Shown: one piece after another, positions 8,975 to 21,983 of the stretch
Layout: each line of letters opens with the position of its first letter
Numbering within the stretch: position 1 is the first letter of the stretch
From: Tubulanus polymorphus
Taxonomy: Eukaryota; Animalia; Nemertea
Reading direction: 5' to 3'
DNA length: 64,000 nt
Assembly (NCBI RefSeq): GCF_964204645.1
Contig: NC_134029.1
Coordinates: 19,276,950-19,340,949, forward strand
The notes under the pieces: model-generated
The model's database searches: none
Told to the model about the DNA's origin: nothing
Seen by the model: the letters and a program-made list of their open reading frames with translations, nothing else
Made by a program: the position numbers and the translations under genes

Positions 8975-11087
8975 AGTTAACTGAAAATTATCGCACAGCT
9001 AAAATATAGTTATATCAAAAGTTAAAAAGAGGGTCTATCGCAGAAGAGGATTATGCGCAAGGATCATGCATTAATTGGTGATTCTGTTAATCACATCCAT
9101 CATGTAGGTTAGTAACTCAACTTCAATTTCCATTTCAGTCCCCCCCCCCCCCCCCAGTTTTTGTCACACGATACCGGATGTACAATACTTTCAAGTAGAA
9201 TATTTGATGACAAAGAAGCGTCGGATTTAACTTAATTTTCTAATATTTGTCTCAGGTTCACACATCGCATTAAAGCAATCACTAAATCTTGTGCTAGAAT
9301 ATCAAATAATTTTTCTTTGGAGATTTAACATTTTAAAAAAACTCCTTCTTGGACGCCCAGAGATACATAACAAACACTGGTATTCCCTATATACGCTGCC
9401 AAATTGATAACTTCGAAAACATATCATGATCATACAGATTCGCAGGCATATATAATCAGTTTGTCAGTCCGAATTATTTTTAAGCGGATCGATATGTACG
9501 ACGAAGCTGACAAGTAAGAGGGACTATTTTTTGACACGATTCGTCCATTATCTCTACATAGAAAAATGACATTTGACGTCGAATCAGCTGGCATATAATA
9601 TGAAAGCCGCCTCCAATCGATCGCAGGTGGACATACGTAGCTGTAACGGAAAACAGCTTGCTTCAAAGCAACTTATTCTGGAACGTGTTCTGTGTCCAAG
9701 CTTCGTCCATGTTTAGTCCTAGCGGTGGCCTTGTATAAATATTCCGTATCAAGCGCTCATATTTCTGCAGGCGGATACAAAATTCTTGGGAGGAAAAACT
9801 TTTCAAACTATCATCTTACGGACCTAGGAAAAGGATACTTGACCATAACGAAGGCTGTAGCTCGTTAAGCTAAGTTGGTTTATATGTTAAAAATTAGAAT
9901 ATACAGTAGTTTTGAAACCAACTGTATAGGCTGAGCAACCTTTCTTCTTGAGTTTAGGCCGAAAATGCCAGAACGAATCAGTCCTGGATACAATTTTACG
10001 CGATTTTATTCGTTACGAAGTTCTGTTACGAAGTTCTGGCGCCCTAAATTGCCTTTCGCGTTAATTTATTCAGAATTCTGTCATCGTTATTTGCGTGGTA
10101 CGAATTTTCCTTTTTATTCCGTGGCAAATACTTACGAGCGTTATTGAACTGGTAAAATATTTACTTTTTTTCCAACGTATAAATGAATAGTTCGTTTCTC
10201 GGATTACCGACTAACGATAAAGGCAGTTCGATAAAAACCCGGCAGCAGTTATCGTATAGAGCTTTTAAAATAAAGATGATGTCAACTGCGACTGTTCCTC
10301 GGGCGCTGGAAATTATTTCGAATGATCACAAACATTCGTTGTATACAGGGGCGCTATATTATAGGGTGTAATATAATGCCGTTTAATTCTTAGCGGCTTC
10401 AAAAGCATAATGAAAAGGCAATACGTTTGCGTATGACGAAAATGAAAAAAAAAATGTCAAAATCATTTCCGGGTTAGACTTTCTCGATCTTGATTCGTTG
10501 AGTGCATTCGGCGATGAAATTCTGGATTGCCCCTCAGAGCGGCTGTGATGTCTGCCTTTTGTCAAAGATAATTATACATATTCTTTATACTCATTTTATT
10601 AAGAGCCATTTTAGCCTGTATACACAGTATAATCCGATTAGGCCATTAAACGCTTTAAAAGAAAATGAATTATTATTATTATTATTATGATAGGAACTAT
10701 ATATATAAATTCTTTATCGAATATGCTTCAGAAGATCCATCGCGGCCACAGTAATCGCTAAGCTGAAATTCGTACGGCCATACCTATTGAATAGGCTTAA
10801 TTTTCGATTAGACTTCTTCGTACAACATCAAACGTTAATGGAACAGCTTTGTTTCGTGGATGTTAGTTTATTTCGCGTGTTCATTTTTTTGGTCCAGACT
10901 ATATTCTCAGGTGAATCTTTCCAACAATGCGAGACCCGCGGGACCGCCTCAAAATGGCGACTTCCCTATTGTATCCTACGATATTGATATCAGTGGTTTC
11001 GTGAGAGTTCCAGTCGAATACACATAAGAAACGATCTTTATATAACAAACCATTAAATACGCGATGATATCAATATACCTCGTCCAT

Positions 11088-11387
11088 CAGGCCCATGCCG
11101 ATCTTTTTTGAGGGGCAGTTCAATTTCGAGGAAAATACCACTTTTTCACCGTGAAAAGGGACACTTTCCTATTGAAAGAGGACAGATCTTGAATATGAAG
11201 TGCCCGGGTACCATGGATAAATCATTTCAGGATGGATTACTTTTCATTTCCAAATAATAAACGTGAAAATTGTATCCAAATTTCGGGAAATCCTAACCCG
11301 AATTTTTTTACACTGTCTTTTGAAGGGCACCTCTGAGGCCTCTTTGAAAATTCTGGGTGGTTCGTTCGCTACCTCTGGACGGGCCTG
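11088..11387 (-). mobile_element. hAT-like MITE (CAGGCC...GGCCTG termini), family copy 1
   Basis: Short TIRs; internal sequence is reverse-complementary to the copies at 15320 and 36428. Confidence 0.65.
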
Positions 11388-11524
11388 GCATCTTGCTCTA
11401 TTGGTCACACTGACCAAATGGTATGGAGCATGACGTTACGAGTTGACAGGTACCACACCCTCTCCTAATAAGAAAATCAATCGTAAGGTGCCCCTAGAGA
11501 TCACGCGGTTCATCTTTTGATCTT

Positions 11525-11800
11525 AGAATCGGGATTGAGCCTGTTATTTATATGATTGGTATATTTCGTTTGATTTGTTTTGATTTGGTGTCCGTTACAG
11601 ACCCACCACACCTGCCGGGAGCGAAACGGAGGAGCGAAAGGGAAGTTTGATTCTGATATCGGAAATCGAAGTACATATAGTTGTTTAATCGGCGGTCGAA
11701 TTTACAGAGATCGTTGTTTACATCGAAGTATATGATTGAAAATTTCGGTTCCGGTTCATTCTGACAATCTTCCTGCCTGAACCGACAAGCGACAGATTGG
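11525..11800 (+). repeat. Unclassified ~280-bp dispersed repeat, copy 1 of 5
   Basis: Core GATTTGGTGTCCSTTACAAACCCACCACACCTGCCGGGAGCGAAAC...ATCGGCGGTCGAATTTACAGA recurs at ~46.6, 46.9, 56.3 and 62.1 kb. Confidence 0.85.
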
Positions 11801-12589
11801 GATCAATTTTGTTGGCTGCCTAATCTAATACATAGAATTTAGAAATTACTATATTACAAAGTTGAAGATAATTTTGTCCATTTTTACATATTTTGGTCGT
11901 TTTCCTCGTGCAAATAGTCCGATTGTAGTTTTTCCCGGGTATATGTCGATGTAGAAATCCTCTAAGATGAGTGTCCCGCGTGCTGACTAAAAAGAAGCAT
12001 ACATTTCGAAACGAAAATTATGGTCCTGGTATCAGCATCTTATGTCTTATCAGCATCTGCGGTTGTGTTGTGTGTTCGGTGCTTTCATCGTTTTTATTCA
12101 TAACTCGCAACACAACCTGCGCTATCAAAAAAAGATCATTACAATCGATTTTTATTATGATATTTAAGGGCAGGGCTTTTGAGCCGAACTTCAAAAGTAA
12201 GATTTTACAACGATTGTACACTTCATTAATGATTTCACGTATATATGGGAGACGCCCGCGCTGTCTATCTAAAAAGTACCAATTTTTCTGACGTATCGAA
12301 TTTTCTCAATTTCAATCAATTTACGATTCTCATATTTCTGGAGTCGGTTTCGACCCGACTCGTTTAAAATGGGTTTCTATGTAACATCAAACGGCTGAAA
12401 ATCGCCACCCTATTTATAGCAAGTTGTCTTCGTAAAAGTTTCGAGCGAAACCCGCGGCGCTTTTTTTATACTCGCGAATTCGTAGCATAGTTACTCAGCG
12501 GTATCGTTTACTTGTTTTAAAACCTTTCGTTCTCCCTTTTTTTTGATCATGTACATCTTCGTATATGAAGCTGAAACTGAGAGAAGCAT

Positions 12590-13467
12590 TTCTTGTTAAA
12601 CTACGTTTACGAGACCAATTTAAACAGAAATGGCACCAGACTATTGAAGCCTCAACAAAACTAGATGCTTATGGAAGTATTAAGCTGAATTGTGGGTGGG
12701 AAATAATGTTCACTAGCATTACCATTTGACCTAAGGACAAATTTAATACGGTTCCGTTGTCCTAACCATTACCTACCGATTGAAACGGAAGATACGAAAA
12801 TATTCCCCGGAATGAACGACTTTGTACCAAATGTAACCTTGGAAAAATTGGCGACGAATACCATTTCATAATGGAGTGTACTTTTTTCCATCCTCGCTTG
12901 CCAGGGGTCCAGTATCACTCCCGAACTCGCTTCCACCAGCCCCCTGGCCTCACGAAGCGTGATTTCATTACTGGCGCTGTTGCGCATGACGTCATATATC
13001 GATTTGCGAAATACTTCCTTGTTCGGTAAAACGTTCGCTGATTGGTCCATTTAACGGGAAAACAAACAGAAGTCTACTGTCGGTTTGTTACAAGCGCTGT
13101 GATTGGTACGACCGGATTCTGGTCGGCTAGTAACGACTCCAACGACTCGTGAGGTCAAGGGGTTCGGGAAACAGCTTTAGCGTAGTGGGTTCGAATCCCT
13201 TGACGGGTGAAGATGACTTTTTTCGAAAGTTTAAGAAGTCGGTACACACCGCAACAACTAGTAAATTTCCCTAACTTAAGAAAATGTATGAATGTTTTTA
13301 CATCACAACACCGGAACATCTTGAAGAAGCTAGCAGTATTTATAAAAAAGGCACATAGCCTCATCTAGCCATCGCTGTGCACACACGTCTTAATTGCGTG
13401 TATAGTGATATGTATAGGAGAAATAACTTTTACTGTATTTCTGGAGCAATAAATCAAATCTGAATCT
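12590..13467 (+). mobile_element. 5'-truncated non-LTR retrotransposon 3' end with C-terminal zinc knuckle, interrupted by a MITE
   Basis: Translates with frameshifts to LRLRDQFKQKW...FRCPNHYLPIET-RYENIPRNERLCTKCNLGKIGDEYHFIMECTFF. Resumes after 13215 as FESLRSRY...LKKLAVFIKKA* and ends in an AATAAA + TCTGAATCT tail. Confidence 0.85.
12889..13215. mobile_element. Non-autonomous DNA transposon with a 9-bp TSD (AcademH-like or MULE-like)
   Basis: Perfect TSD ACTTTTTTC at 12880-12888 and 13216-13224; imperfect TIRs CATCCTCGCTTGCCAGGGG / CCCTTGACGGGTGAAGATG. Confidence 0.8.
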
Positions 13468-14883
13468 TCTCGATTTACGTAATGACATATTTCTGAGATC
13501 AATCTCATCCCGGGACTGTAGACATCTATCGTTTATCTATTTTTTTCATTTTATTTATTCATTTATTCTAGTGACTTGTACATCATATATGAAAATAAAA
13601 ATAATTTAATTTTGTTCAAATTTGCCCCAACCATACTGAATTTCGATCTATCTTACTGCAGCAAAAAATGAATTCGAAGGCTTTGAATTAAAATCACCCG
13701 AATCCAAATTTATAAATATCACGAAGAACCTTCAATTCAAATTTTCACACTATATCTCATCAGCCTTGACAAAATGGAATTCGTGCTTGAATAAAAAATC
13801 TAAGAACTTTTCCCCTTTTTCTCCTGTACTATCTGCCTATCGTAGCTGATTTTTTTCTTCTGTTTTTCGTATATTTGGCCATGATTGTGTTTGACCTATG
13901 TTATTTTCTAATTCTCTTACACATTTCTTATGGCTTGTAGCCTATATAATTGTAAATACAATTGTGACTTGTTAGCCCATTTTGGCTGGGCACCAATTTA
14001 TATGTTATATGTTAATCTAAATATATGTGTATGTCACATAAATAAATAGATAAAAAAATGTACCTTAAGTACCCAGCCCTAATCATCTAATGTCGGTAAA
14101 ATGAAAATTCTACTGAGCAATAAATAAGTCGTCTCACAATTAGTGTTTGCGGGTTTATATCCTGTAACTTTAACTTCATAACTCTAACTTTATCGACAAA
14201 CTCAAGGTCACAAAGTAATGTCTGTCATGAGAATTATGATAATAACAAGCGAAGTTTACATAGAGAAGAGAAAGCATAATAAATACGCAATATTCCGATC
14301 GGTAGCAGTCTGTAGTAAGAAGTAGATAGTCTCTGAATTGCCCGAAAAGATGACCCAGGAAAGCTCTCCTTTTTCGAAAATATGAGTATTGTCTGTCGGT
14401 CAATGCCTGCTGAATTTCTGAATACTAGGATCACAGGTATACTGTTCAGGAATGTAATTGGATTTGATATTTTCAAATCCGCTGCAATGAAATTTTGCAA
14501 TTGCTAATGCAATTTAACCCATTTACTGCACACCAATTAAAAGCTTAATGTTTAAAAGTTGAAAACTTAAACGTTGAATTAGTTGTATGTAACATTGTTG
14601 TGTAACTTGTAAATGTCAATGCGTTAGCGAGGCGGTATCGTGTGGCTATATATTTCCCGCTACTGAAAGCAATATATGATAGTATCATATGAACGGACCA
14701 ACTTGCGTGAAATCATGATAAGGTGACGTTACGTATTTCTTGCTAAAGCATGCGATCCTTGCTAGGTAAAATTACGAATTTCGCCGCGGTTAAATTCTGA
14801 TCCCTAAGAGGAAAGCGTCGCCGTAACGTTACCCGTCTTAACACGATACCCGAGGGCCGGTTTTATACGTAACATTTACACTA

Positions 14884-15130
14884 ATTCGGATTCAGATTCA
14901 GATTTTATTGCCAACAAAAAGGTAATTTTACACCGAGCAAAACTTAGTACGTGATGTAAATGCAAGTACGTAAATGATTTGCTTGACAGATGGTAAAAGG
15001 ATAACGATAACCGAGATCAAAAATTTTTGAAATAAAAGAAATACAAAGTAAATTGAAATGAATACATATAAAGACTTCTGAATGAATATATGGAAGCAAA
15101 AACATGAGAAAAATGAAAGAATCAGAAATT
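14884..15130 (-). mobile_element. LINE 3' tail remnant
   Basis: Reverse complement reads GGCAATAAAATCTGAATCTGAATCCGAAT, the same tail type as at 13447-13467. The extent is approximate. Confidence 0.5.
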
Positions 15131-15319
15131 ATAGCACATAATCGTTTTATTTTCTACTCAGCGTCTCCGAGTTCGTCCTGTTGTAGCTGATACGATTTGA
15201 ATAATTCGGTTTCATTTTGTAATCCGTTTTCGTATACGCTGATCGTTGAAAAAGGGTAGGTTAAAACGGAAATTGGTATTCGTTTCGCAGTACAGCTATG
15301 TTACATTTGCGGGGTATAC

Positions 15320-15576
15320 CAGGCCGGTGCCGAGTGGGGGTTCGCGGGTATCGAACAACCCCCTAAAATCTTCAAAGTTCCCTTCGAAGTCAGTATAAAC
15401 AAATCTGGGTAAAGATTTTGCTAATTTTCATGTTTTCTTTCCGGAAAATGAAAAGGAATCCATTCTGAAATGATTTGTTCAGGTGTCCGGGAATTTCATA
15501 TTTTAGATGTGTCCTTTTCAATAGGAAAGTGGCCATTTTTCTTGAAATAGAACCGTACTCTCCCGGCACCAGCCTG
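15320..15576 (+). mobile_element. hAT-like MITE, family copy 2
   Basis: CAGGCCGGTGCCG ... CGGCACCAGCCTG TIRs; colinear with 36428-36682. Confidence 0.7.
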
Positions 15577-15619
15577 GGCACGATTGTGTCGACACACAAT
15601 TCAACCGTAAAAACAGGGC

Positions 15620-15830
15620 AGGGTCCCGCGATGTCATTAGGTTCGAATCCCTGCCGAGGGAGGATTCGATTCGGTACACGTATATAATGTTAAAAAATTA
15701 CTGATTCATTTTAACGAATTGAACGCGGCGGGCCAAGTAACCGCTAACAAACCGGGTTGATCCTTACTTACCATAGAATCCTCGATTATCGCATTAGCGT
15801 CTAGACGTCTCAGAATAATGATGGCATAGG
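15620..15830 (+). mobile_element. Possible decayed tRNA-derived SINE
   Basis: B-box-like GGTTCGAATCCC at ~15640; no full cloverleaf and no clear A box. Confidence 0.25.
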
Positions 15831-17285
15831 AAGAATAACCGGTAAACTGGAAGTTTCACTTCGACAGCGCTGCATGATTTGCATTTCTGTATACAAAGAC
15901 GGTGGTTCAGATGTATTTTCGTCCTGTAATTGAACACGGCTTTTCCATTGTAGACGAGGGGAACTTGACCAGGCTATTTATTAGACGGGGCTGGTCAGTC
16001 GATGAGTCTTGTCCATTAGTGTAAGCCGAGAAATCATTTACGCTAGCCGATTCAGTTTTCATCGGATTCATTATTCATTCGTGACGCGTTATACACTGCA
16101 GCGTGTGCGTTCGAGTCGGGCTTGCTTATGGATTTGGATTCCTAGGCCCTGTCGTAAGGTGATGACGTCTCAAGCTGATAAATCATTTCGGCCTTAATCA
16201 GATAGATCCACATCTGTATATTTTCCATTGTATCTTTTTTTCGGTGCTTGACAGTATTGTAATATATCTATTGTGTAATTCGTATGCGCTTGTGCTTCTA
16301 TTTCTCGAAGTGTTAACAGTGTTATTGTAATTCAAGTTACATACGTTCATTATTTCACAAAGAACAATGAGAATCTCTTCTTGCAGTTTACAAAAGAAAC
16401 CTTTACGAACAATACATACGTGAAAATCATCTTTCAGAATATCAAACAGAGCTTCAGTTTGATATCTTAATAAGGATAATGAGAAAGTGGTGAAATTTAG
16501 GAATTTAGAAATCAACCTAGGTGATATAGGCTTTGGCTAGCCATACGTTTAGCGTGTTAGATCCATACGTGGCCACTTGATGGAGTAGGGCTGGACGGGC
16601 TAAGAGTTTCGAAAGGTTACTATGGAGATAGTGAATGACACCGACACAACAAGAACCAATTTATACTTTCTTTGATGAGCTTTTTTGAGTAAACCAGACG
16701 TCCTGACGTCACAGGACGTAATACAATGCCAACTCTCTTTCGTTCCCCAATAATTGTATTTTGCTGGCTTGCGGAAAGCTAGTCTACTCCTACTGGGAAA
16801 AAACCTTTGAAGTTTGCATCACCATTTTCTCAATAACCGTTAGGGCAAGATCAAATTCATTCACTTTCAGTTATGTCTCCGTAACTTTTCATCGGCATTG
16901 TAATTCGAATGCGGTGTCGGTACGTTTTAATGAAATACTATAATTCTCGAAACAAATACACATAGATCTGTTAAATTCCACATGGCGAGGATTATTCAAG
17001 CATCTTCAAAGAATATATATAATCAGAGATTAGCGAATACACGATTTCATCCTACGTATGTGTAAGCAAAATTCGCTTTGACGGAATTCCTATGAAGTGA
17101 GATTTTATAGCTGCATCTTCGGGAAATAGCTTATCGGTACAGTATTACGAATAGTAGAGAACTCTAAATAGGAAATCTCAAATTGCAGCAGTTTTCAATA
17201 TTCGGCTTAATATAAAATTTTCCGACGATTAATCGAAACGAAAAGCGTTCCATTGAACGACGGTTCGTGTGAATAGATATCATAA

Positions 17286-17674
17286 GCCGGGCGCACACCT
17301 TTGCGATCATCGTGTCATCGTATCATCGCATGCGATGACACGACGAAAATCGCATCATCCCCGCATACCTTTGCGATTTTTATGAGGGCCTCGAGTTGGA
17401 TTCGATCACGTGACTGGGCCGCCATTTTGGGCATCAGTTGAGCGTCACGCTTCATCTTCAATTCTGATTGGCTACTAAAAAATTTCGTACAGAACATCGG
17501 CAGTGAAGTCCGCGCACCTTTACGATTTTTATCGCACGGAAAAATCGCATGCGAAAATATGTTTGATTTGTTGCGATGAAGCGATGATGCGATGAAATCG
17601 GCCCCGGATGCCACCGCATACGATGCGATAAAACCGTGCGTTGAAGCGATCAATCGCAAAGGTGTGGGCCGGGC
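17286..17674. mobile_element. Harbinger-type MITE
   Basis: TIRs GCCGGGCGCACACCTTTGCGAT / ATCGCAAAGGTGTGGGCCGGGC; TAA on the left flank; ATCGCA/TGCGAT subterminal repeats. Confidence 0.75.
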
Positions 17675-18819
17675 ACATATAGACACATGGCCCTTCAAGC
17701 GTGTTGGATTCGCACCTTCGCGTCTCGTAAAGATGCAAACAACTCATTTAGTTAAACTTATTTTCGAATAACCCATGTACTGAAGTATATTACGGCTGTT
17801 TAAAAAAAATCTATTGTTTATCGAACTCCACCCATTTTAATGAAAATGTACAGAATATCCGATTTTACCCGATACTGCAGCGTGGAAAAAACAGTATCAG
17901 TCTCAACAGCAAAGGACTGCAGCGAAAAGCTCGTCGTGAATTCACTTCTAGGTCTATCGGACGAAGTAATAGCTGGCGCCTTATGGCGTATCTGCATTAT
18001 GCAGTTCACTCTGTTAGCATCGCGGCTTTAATCTCCTTACACGATGTTAAACTACCTGAGGATAGATTTTATTATCGGCGGATTCTGCTGATTTAGACGG
18101 CATTGCCGTTCTATCATCATAAAAATCCGTACTCGTCCCCCCGTGTACGTTATGTCATCTGACCTGAAGCGGTGGATTTAAGAAATATTTGGTTCCGCTA
18201 TTGTTGTCGCGTCGTAATGCGATATTCTCATCATTTTATTTTTAATGCCTCCTCTCTCTGAAATGCGATCAGTTTCTATATGAATAAAGATTATACCTTT
18301 ATACACGAACCAAAAATTCAACAAATATATTCTTCTGATTTGGGAAACGTTCTATCAATAAACATCATGCGTCCATCCTACGGTTTCGCTCATAATGAAC
18401 GGGTATTGGCCTCCTTGCTGAAACCGTTTTGAAAATCCTAATTCGTGTTATTTTTCGAGAAAAAAAGATTTCAAATAAGTTTACATAAACCCGAAGAAGA
18501 ATTCTATAGCTTTTGGTTTTTTAATGGTGTCGGTTTATTATTTCTGTCTATCATTGCTGTCGGTTCATTATATACTTTTTCTTCCATGGTGTTTAAAAGG
18601 TTTTTGTAAGTCTATCATATATGCAGTATTTATTTTCCCCGTAAGTATGTAATCTTTCTATACGTTTTGTTGACATTTAAAACCGCGACAATGACAGCGA
18701 CTTCATTCAGAAAAAAATGCAGTTTTCTGAATTTCAAACTGCATCTAATCTGTCTTTCGACGTCTATACCCTGTCGTCAACTGTAGACGCAGTCATTTTT
18801 TTCTACCCTGGCTGTATTT

Positions 18820-20152
18820 TATGGTGGCTGATAAGGGCCATAGCGTAAAATTCCTGGTATGTAAATGAGGGCGCCAGAACGCCAGAACGCCAAAACGAAA
18901 AAAAACGTCCAATTTTCTCTAAAAGTTCGTTTTGGCGCGCCAAAACGGAGAATATTCCGTTTTGGCGCCCCCGCCAAAACGAACTTTCATTTTGGCGCCC
19001 CCGCCAAAACGAACTTTCGTTTTGGCGCCCCCGCCAAAACAACGAAAAACGTCCAATTTTCTCTAAAAGTTCGTTTTGGCGCGCCAAAACAAAGAAAATT
19101 CCGTTTTGGCGCCCCCGCCAAAACGAACTTTCATTTTGGCGCCCCCGCCAAAACGAACTTTGGTTTTGGCGCCCCCGCCAAAACAACGAAAAACGTCGAA
19201 ATTTCTCTGAAAGTTCGTTTTGGCGCGCCAAAACGGAAAAAAATTCCGTTTTGGCGCCCCCGCCAAAACGAACTTTCATTTTGGCGCCCCCGCCAAAACG
19301 AACTTTGGTTTTGGCGCCCCCGCCAAAACAACGAAAAACGTCCAATTTTCTCTGAAAGTTCGTTTTGGCGCGCCAAAACAACGAATATTCCGTTTTGGCG
19401 CCCCCGCCAAAACGAACTTTCGTTTTGGCGCCCCCGCCAATACGAACTTTAAACCACGTAAAATAATTCTATATATACGTAAAATATTTTCATTTATGCA
19501 AATTTATGCAAATTACACACAAGATCAACGCGCCAATTTGAAAAATAATTTTACTGTGGTTGAATGCTTGTTTTGGCGGGGGCGCCAAAACGAAAATAAC
19601 CGCGCCAAAACGAACTTTTCTTTGTTTTGGCGCGCCAAAACGAACTTTCAGAGAAATTTCGACGTTTTTCGTTGTTTTGGCGGGGGCGCCAAAACGAAAG
19701 TTCGTTTTGGCGGGGGCGCCAAAACGGAATATTCTCCGTTTTGGCGCGCCAAAACGAACTTTTAGAGAAATTTCGACGTTTTTCGTTGTTTTGGCGGGGG
19801 CGCCAAAACGAAAGTTCGTTTTGGCGGGGGCGCCAAAATGAAAGTTCGTTTTGGCGGGGGCGCCAAAACGGAATATTCTCCGTTTTGGCGCGCCAAAACG
19901 AACTTTTAGAGAAATTTCGACGTTTTTCGTTGTTTTGGCGGGGGCGCCAAAACGAAAGTTCGTTTTGGCGGGGGCGCCAAAATGAAAGTTCGTTTTGGCG
20001 GGGGCGCCAAAACGGAATTTTCTTTGTTTTGGCGCGCCAAAACGAACTTTCAGAGAAAATTGGACGTTTTTTTTCGTTTTGGCGTTCTGGCGTTCTGGCG
20101 CCCTCATTTACATACCAGGAATTTTACGCTATGGCCCTTATCAGCCACCATA
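18820..20152. mobile_element. 1.33-kb foldback element with ~600-bp modular inverted arms, TATGG...CCATA termini and a 6-bp TSD
   Basis: The terminal ~85 bp are perfectly inverted; GTATTT is duplicated at 18814-18819 and 20153-20158. Arms are built of GTTTTGGCGCCCCCGCCAAAAC and GTTTTGGCGCGCCAAAAC palindromes; AT-rich spacer at ~19451-19569. Confidence 0.93.
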
Positions 20153-20269
20153 GTATTTGACAACATCCGGCGATTTTTCTATTTTTCATCGTCATCAAGT
20201 TTAAAATCATCGAATTTCCCTTTCTGTATCTGTCTCTGATACGCTGTGCGCGATCGCTTTTCGCTCACT

Positions 20270-20590
20270 GTGCTGCAGGAGCTCGGCTGTCCTCTCTCTC
20301 TCGTGTCGCGCAATCATTCTTGAAAACAGCTGTAACTGAAAACTCAGCGCTCGTGGATCGCAGGAGAAACGAGAACCTGGCGCGCGCGCGCGCGCGCAGT
20401 TGAACAGCGTTTAAACCAATCAGCTGCCGGTTTTATTTTCTGCAGTGAGACTGCTGTTTTCAAACTATCAGTAATTGATGCGCGCACGCAGTTAGCAAAC
20501 GGAGTAGTACTGCTGAGACCACCTCTATATCCTAGTCATCGCAGTAAATCCGATTGTTTTTTAAGCACCACGCGGCTTTTAAGGTAAATG
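20270..20590 (+). promoter_or_regulatory. Putative promoter and non-coding first exon
   Basis: (GC)n run 20380-20397, CCAAT at 20416, TATAT at 20526, and AAG|GTAAAT donor-like site at 20584. Motif evidence only. Confidence 0.3.
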
Positions 20591-21983
20591 TTCGATCCTT
20601 TTCGTTATCTTTGTTCGTATCGTCCGTCGTTTTTTCCCGCTTGTTATGTTTTCTCTCATATTTCGGGATCGGCGAAGAAGCTGTTGCTTGCGCATATATA
20701 CATGCATGTATTATTTTAAATTCATCAATTATGCGTAAAATATATTTGACGATATTATAAATTCAACTAATGATTGGATTTGAAAATAACAATCTCGAAA
20801 ATAGATTGATTTTGGTCCGTATTGTACATCATTTCCCAAGTTAACTCATAACGGAAACGTTGCTCGCGGAAATGTCAGGTGCATGCTGGTAAACGAATTT
20901 AAAAATCATTTCAAAAAAGCAATAAGTTCTTTGTGAGCAGAATTTCTTGATGGTATCTTTCATTAATATACTAGTAGCATATAGAATTTCCACCGTCAGA
21001 TGTTGCGATAATTGGACGAAGCCTTTTTCGAAAAACACTCCTACTAAATTATTCACCTTAATGCATTTTGTCGATCTTCCCCACTCGTTTTACCTTAAAC
21101 AGTCCCTGATGAAATATTGAAACTATAATCTCCAAAAGAAGCGCGATGGACTGTCGAAACTTGAGTGTAAATGTTGTTTTTGTCAAGCAAGGGGACGGAT
21201 ACAGCTGGTTAAGTTTTCTCTACCCGTTTGCGCAGTTGTGACTCCTTAAGACGAGTCATTAAGTTGTTAGATTCACTATAGAATTCTTGAATCTATGACT
21301 GGCCCCTGGGACTCAGTTGCGCCGTTGTGTCCCAAAAAATTGTTTTCATTAAAATTATCTTTGATTTTCAATTTCTAGTATGGCTACACCCTTCTGGAAA
21401 AATGGCTTCTTTCATTAAATTTCCCTACTCAACCTAGTGACATCATCCTACGAAACCTTTGATAAAGCAGACTGGTTCTAAATAAGTATTTAATATAAAT
21501 GTAATAAAATATGCCCATATACACATGTAGGGGCGAATCCAGGAAAATCGTGGTATATTCTGGTAATGAAAAAGAGCACTTCTATAGAAAGGGATCATAT
21601 AGAACTGAGTTACGGACGTACGGAGTTCAAAAGATGAAATTATCAAAAATTATAAACACAAAATTCAAATCTAGCGTAACAAAAATATTAACTCGTGATG
21701 ATATAATCGGTGCACGAACATCAGTATAGTACTATTTATCTGTTTTTATTTTGATCTGTGATACTTAAAAAGGGAACGCAAAGAGGGGTTTCGGATCCGG
21801 GAACCCACTCCCCGGGAAGGAGGGGGGGGGGTATCAAACTTCAAAGCTTTTAGTTATTGAGAGATGTTCTGAAGAAACGAGTATCAATGAGACAATGAAT
21901 TTCACCGCACAATTCGAAGAGAATTACAGAAAATTCCATAAAATAAATCCATTAAAAAGATGCCATGAAATGTTCTGTGAAAC

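Noticed and set aside
13150-13210. Possible tRNA (GGTTCGAATCCC)
   Set aside because: No cloverleaf; it is part of a local inverted repeat at a MITE end.
14170-16620. Possible additional LINE remnants at ~14.2-14.6 kb and ~16.2-16.6 kb
   Set aside because: Composition is suggestive, but no diagnostic motif could be read with confidence.
18803-20239. Overlapping ORFs of up to 205 aa (FGAPAKTNF / FWRGRQNE repeats)
   Set aside because: Open on both strands and in several frames only because of the stop-poor palindromic repeat.
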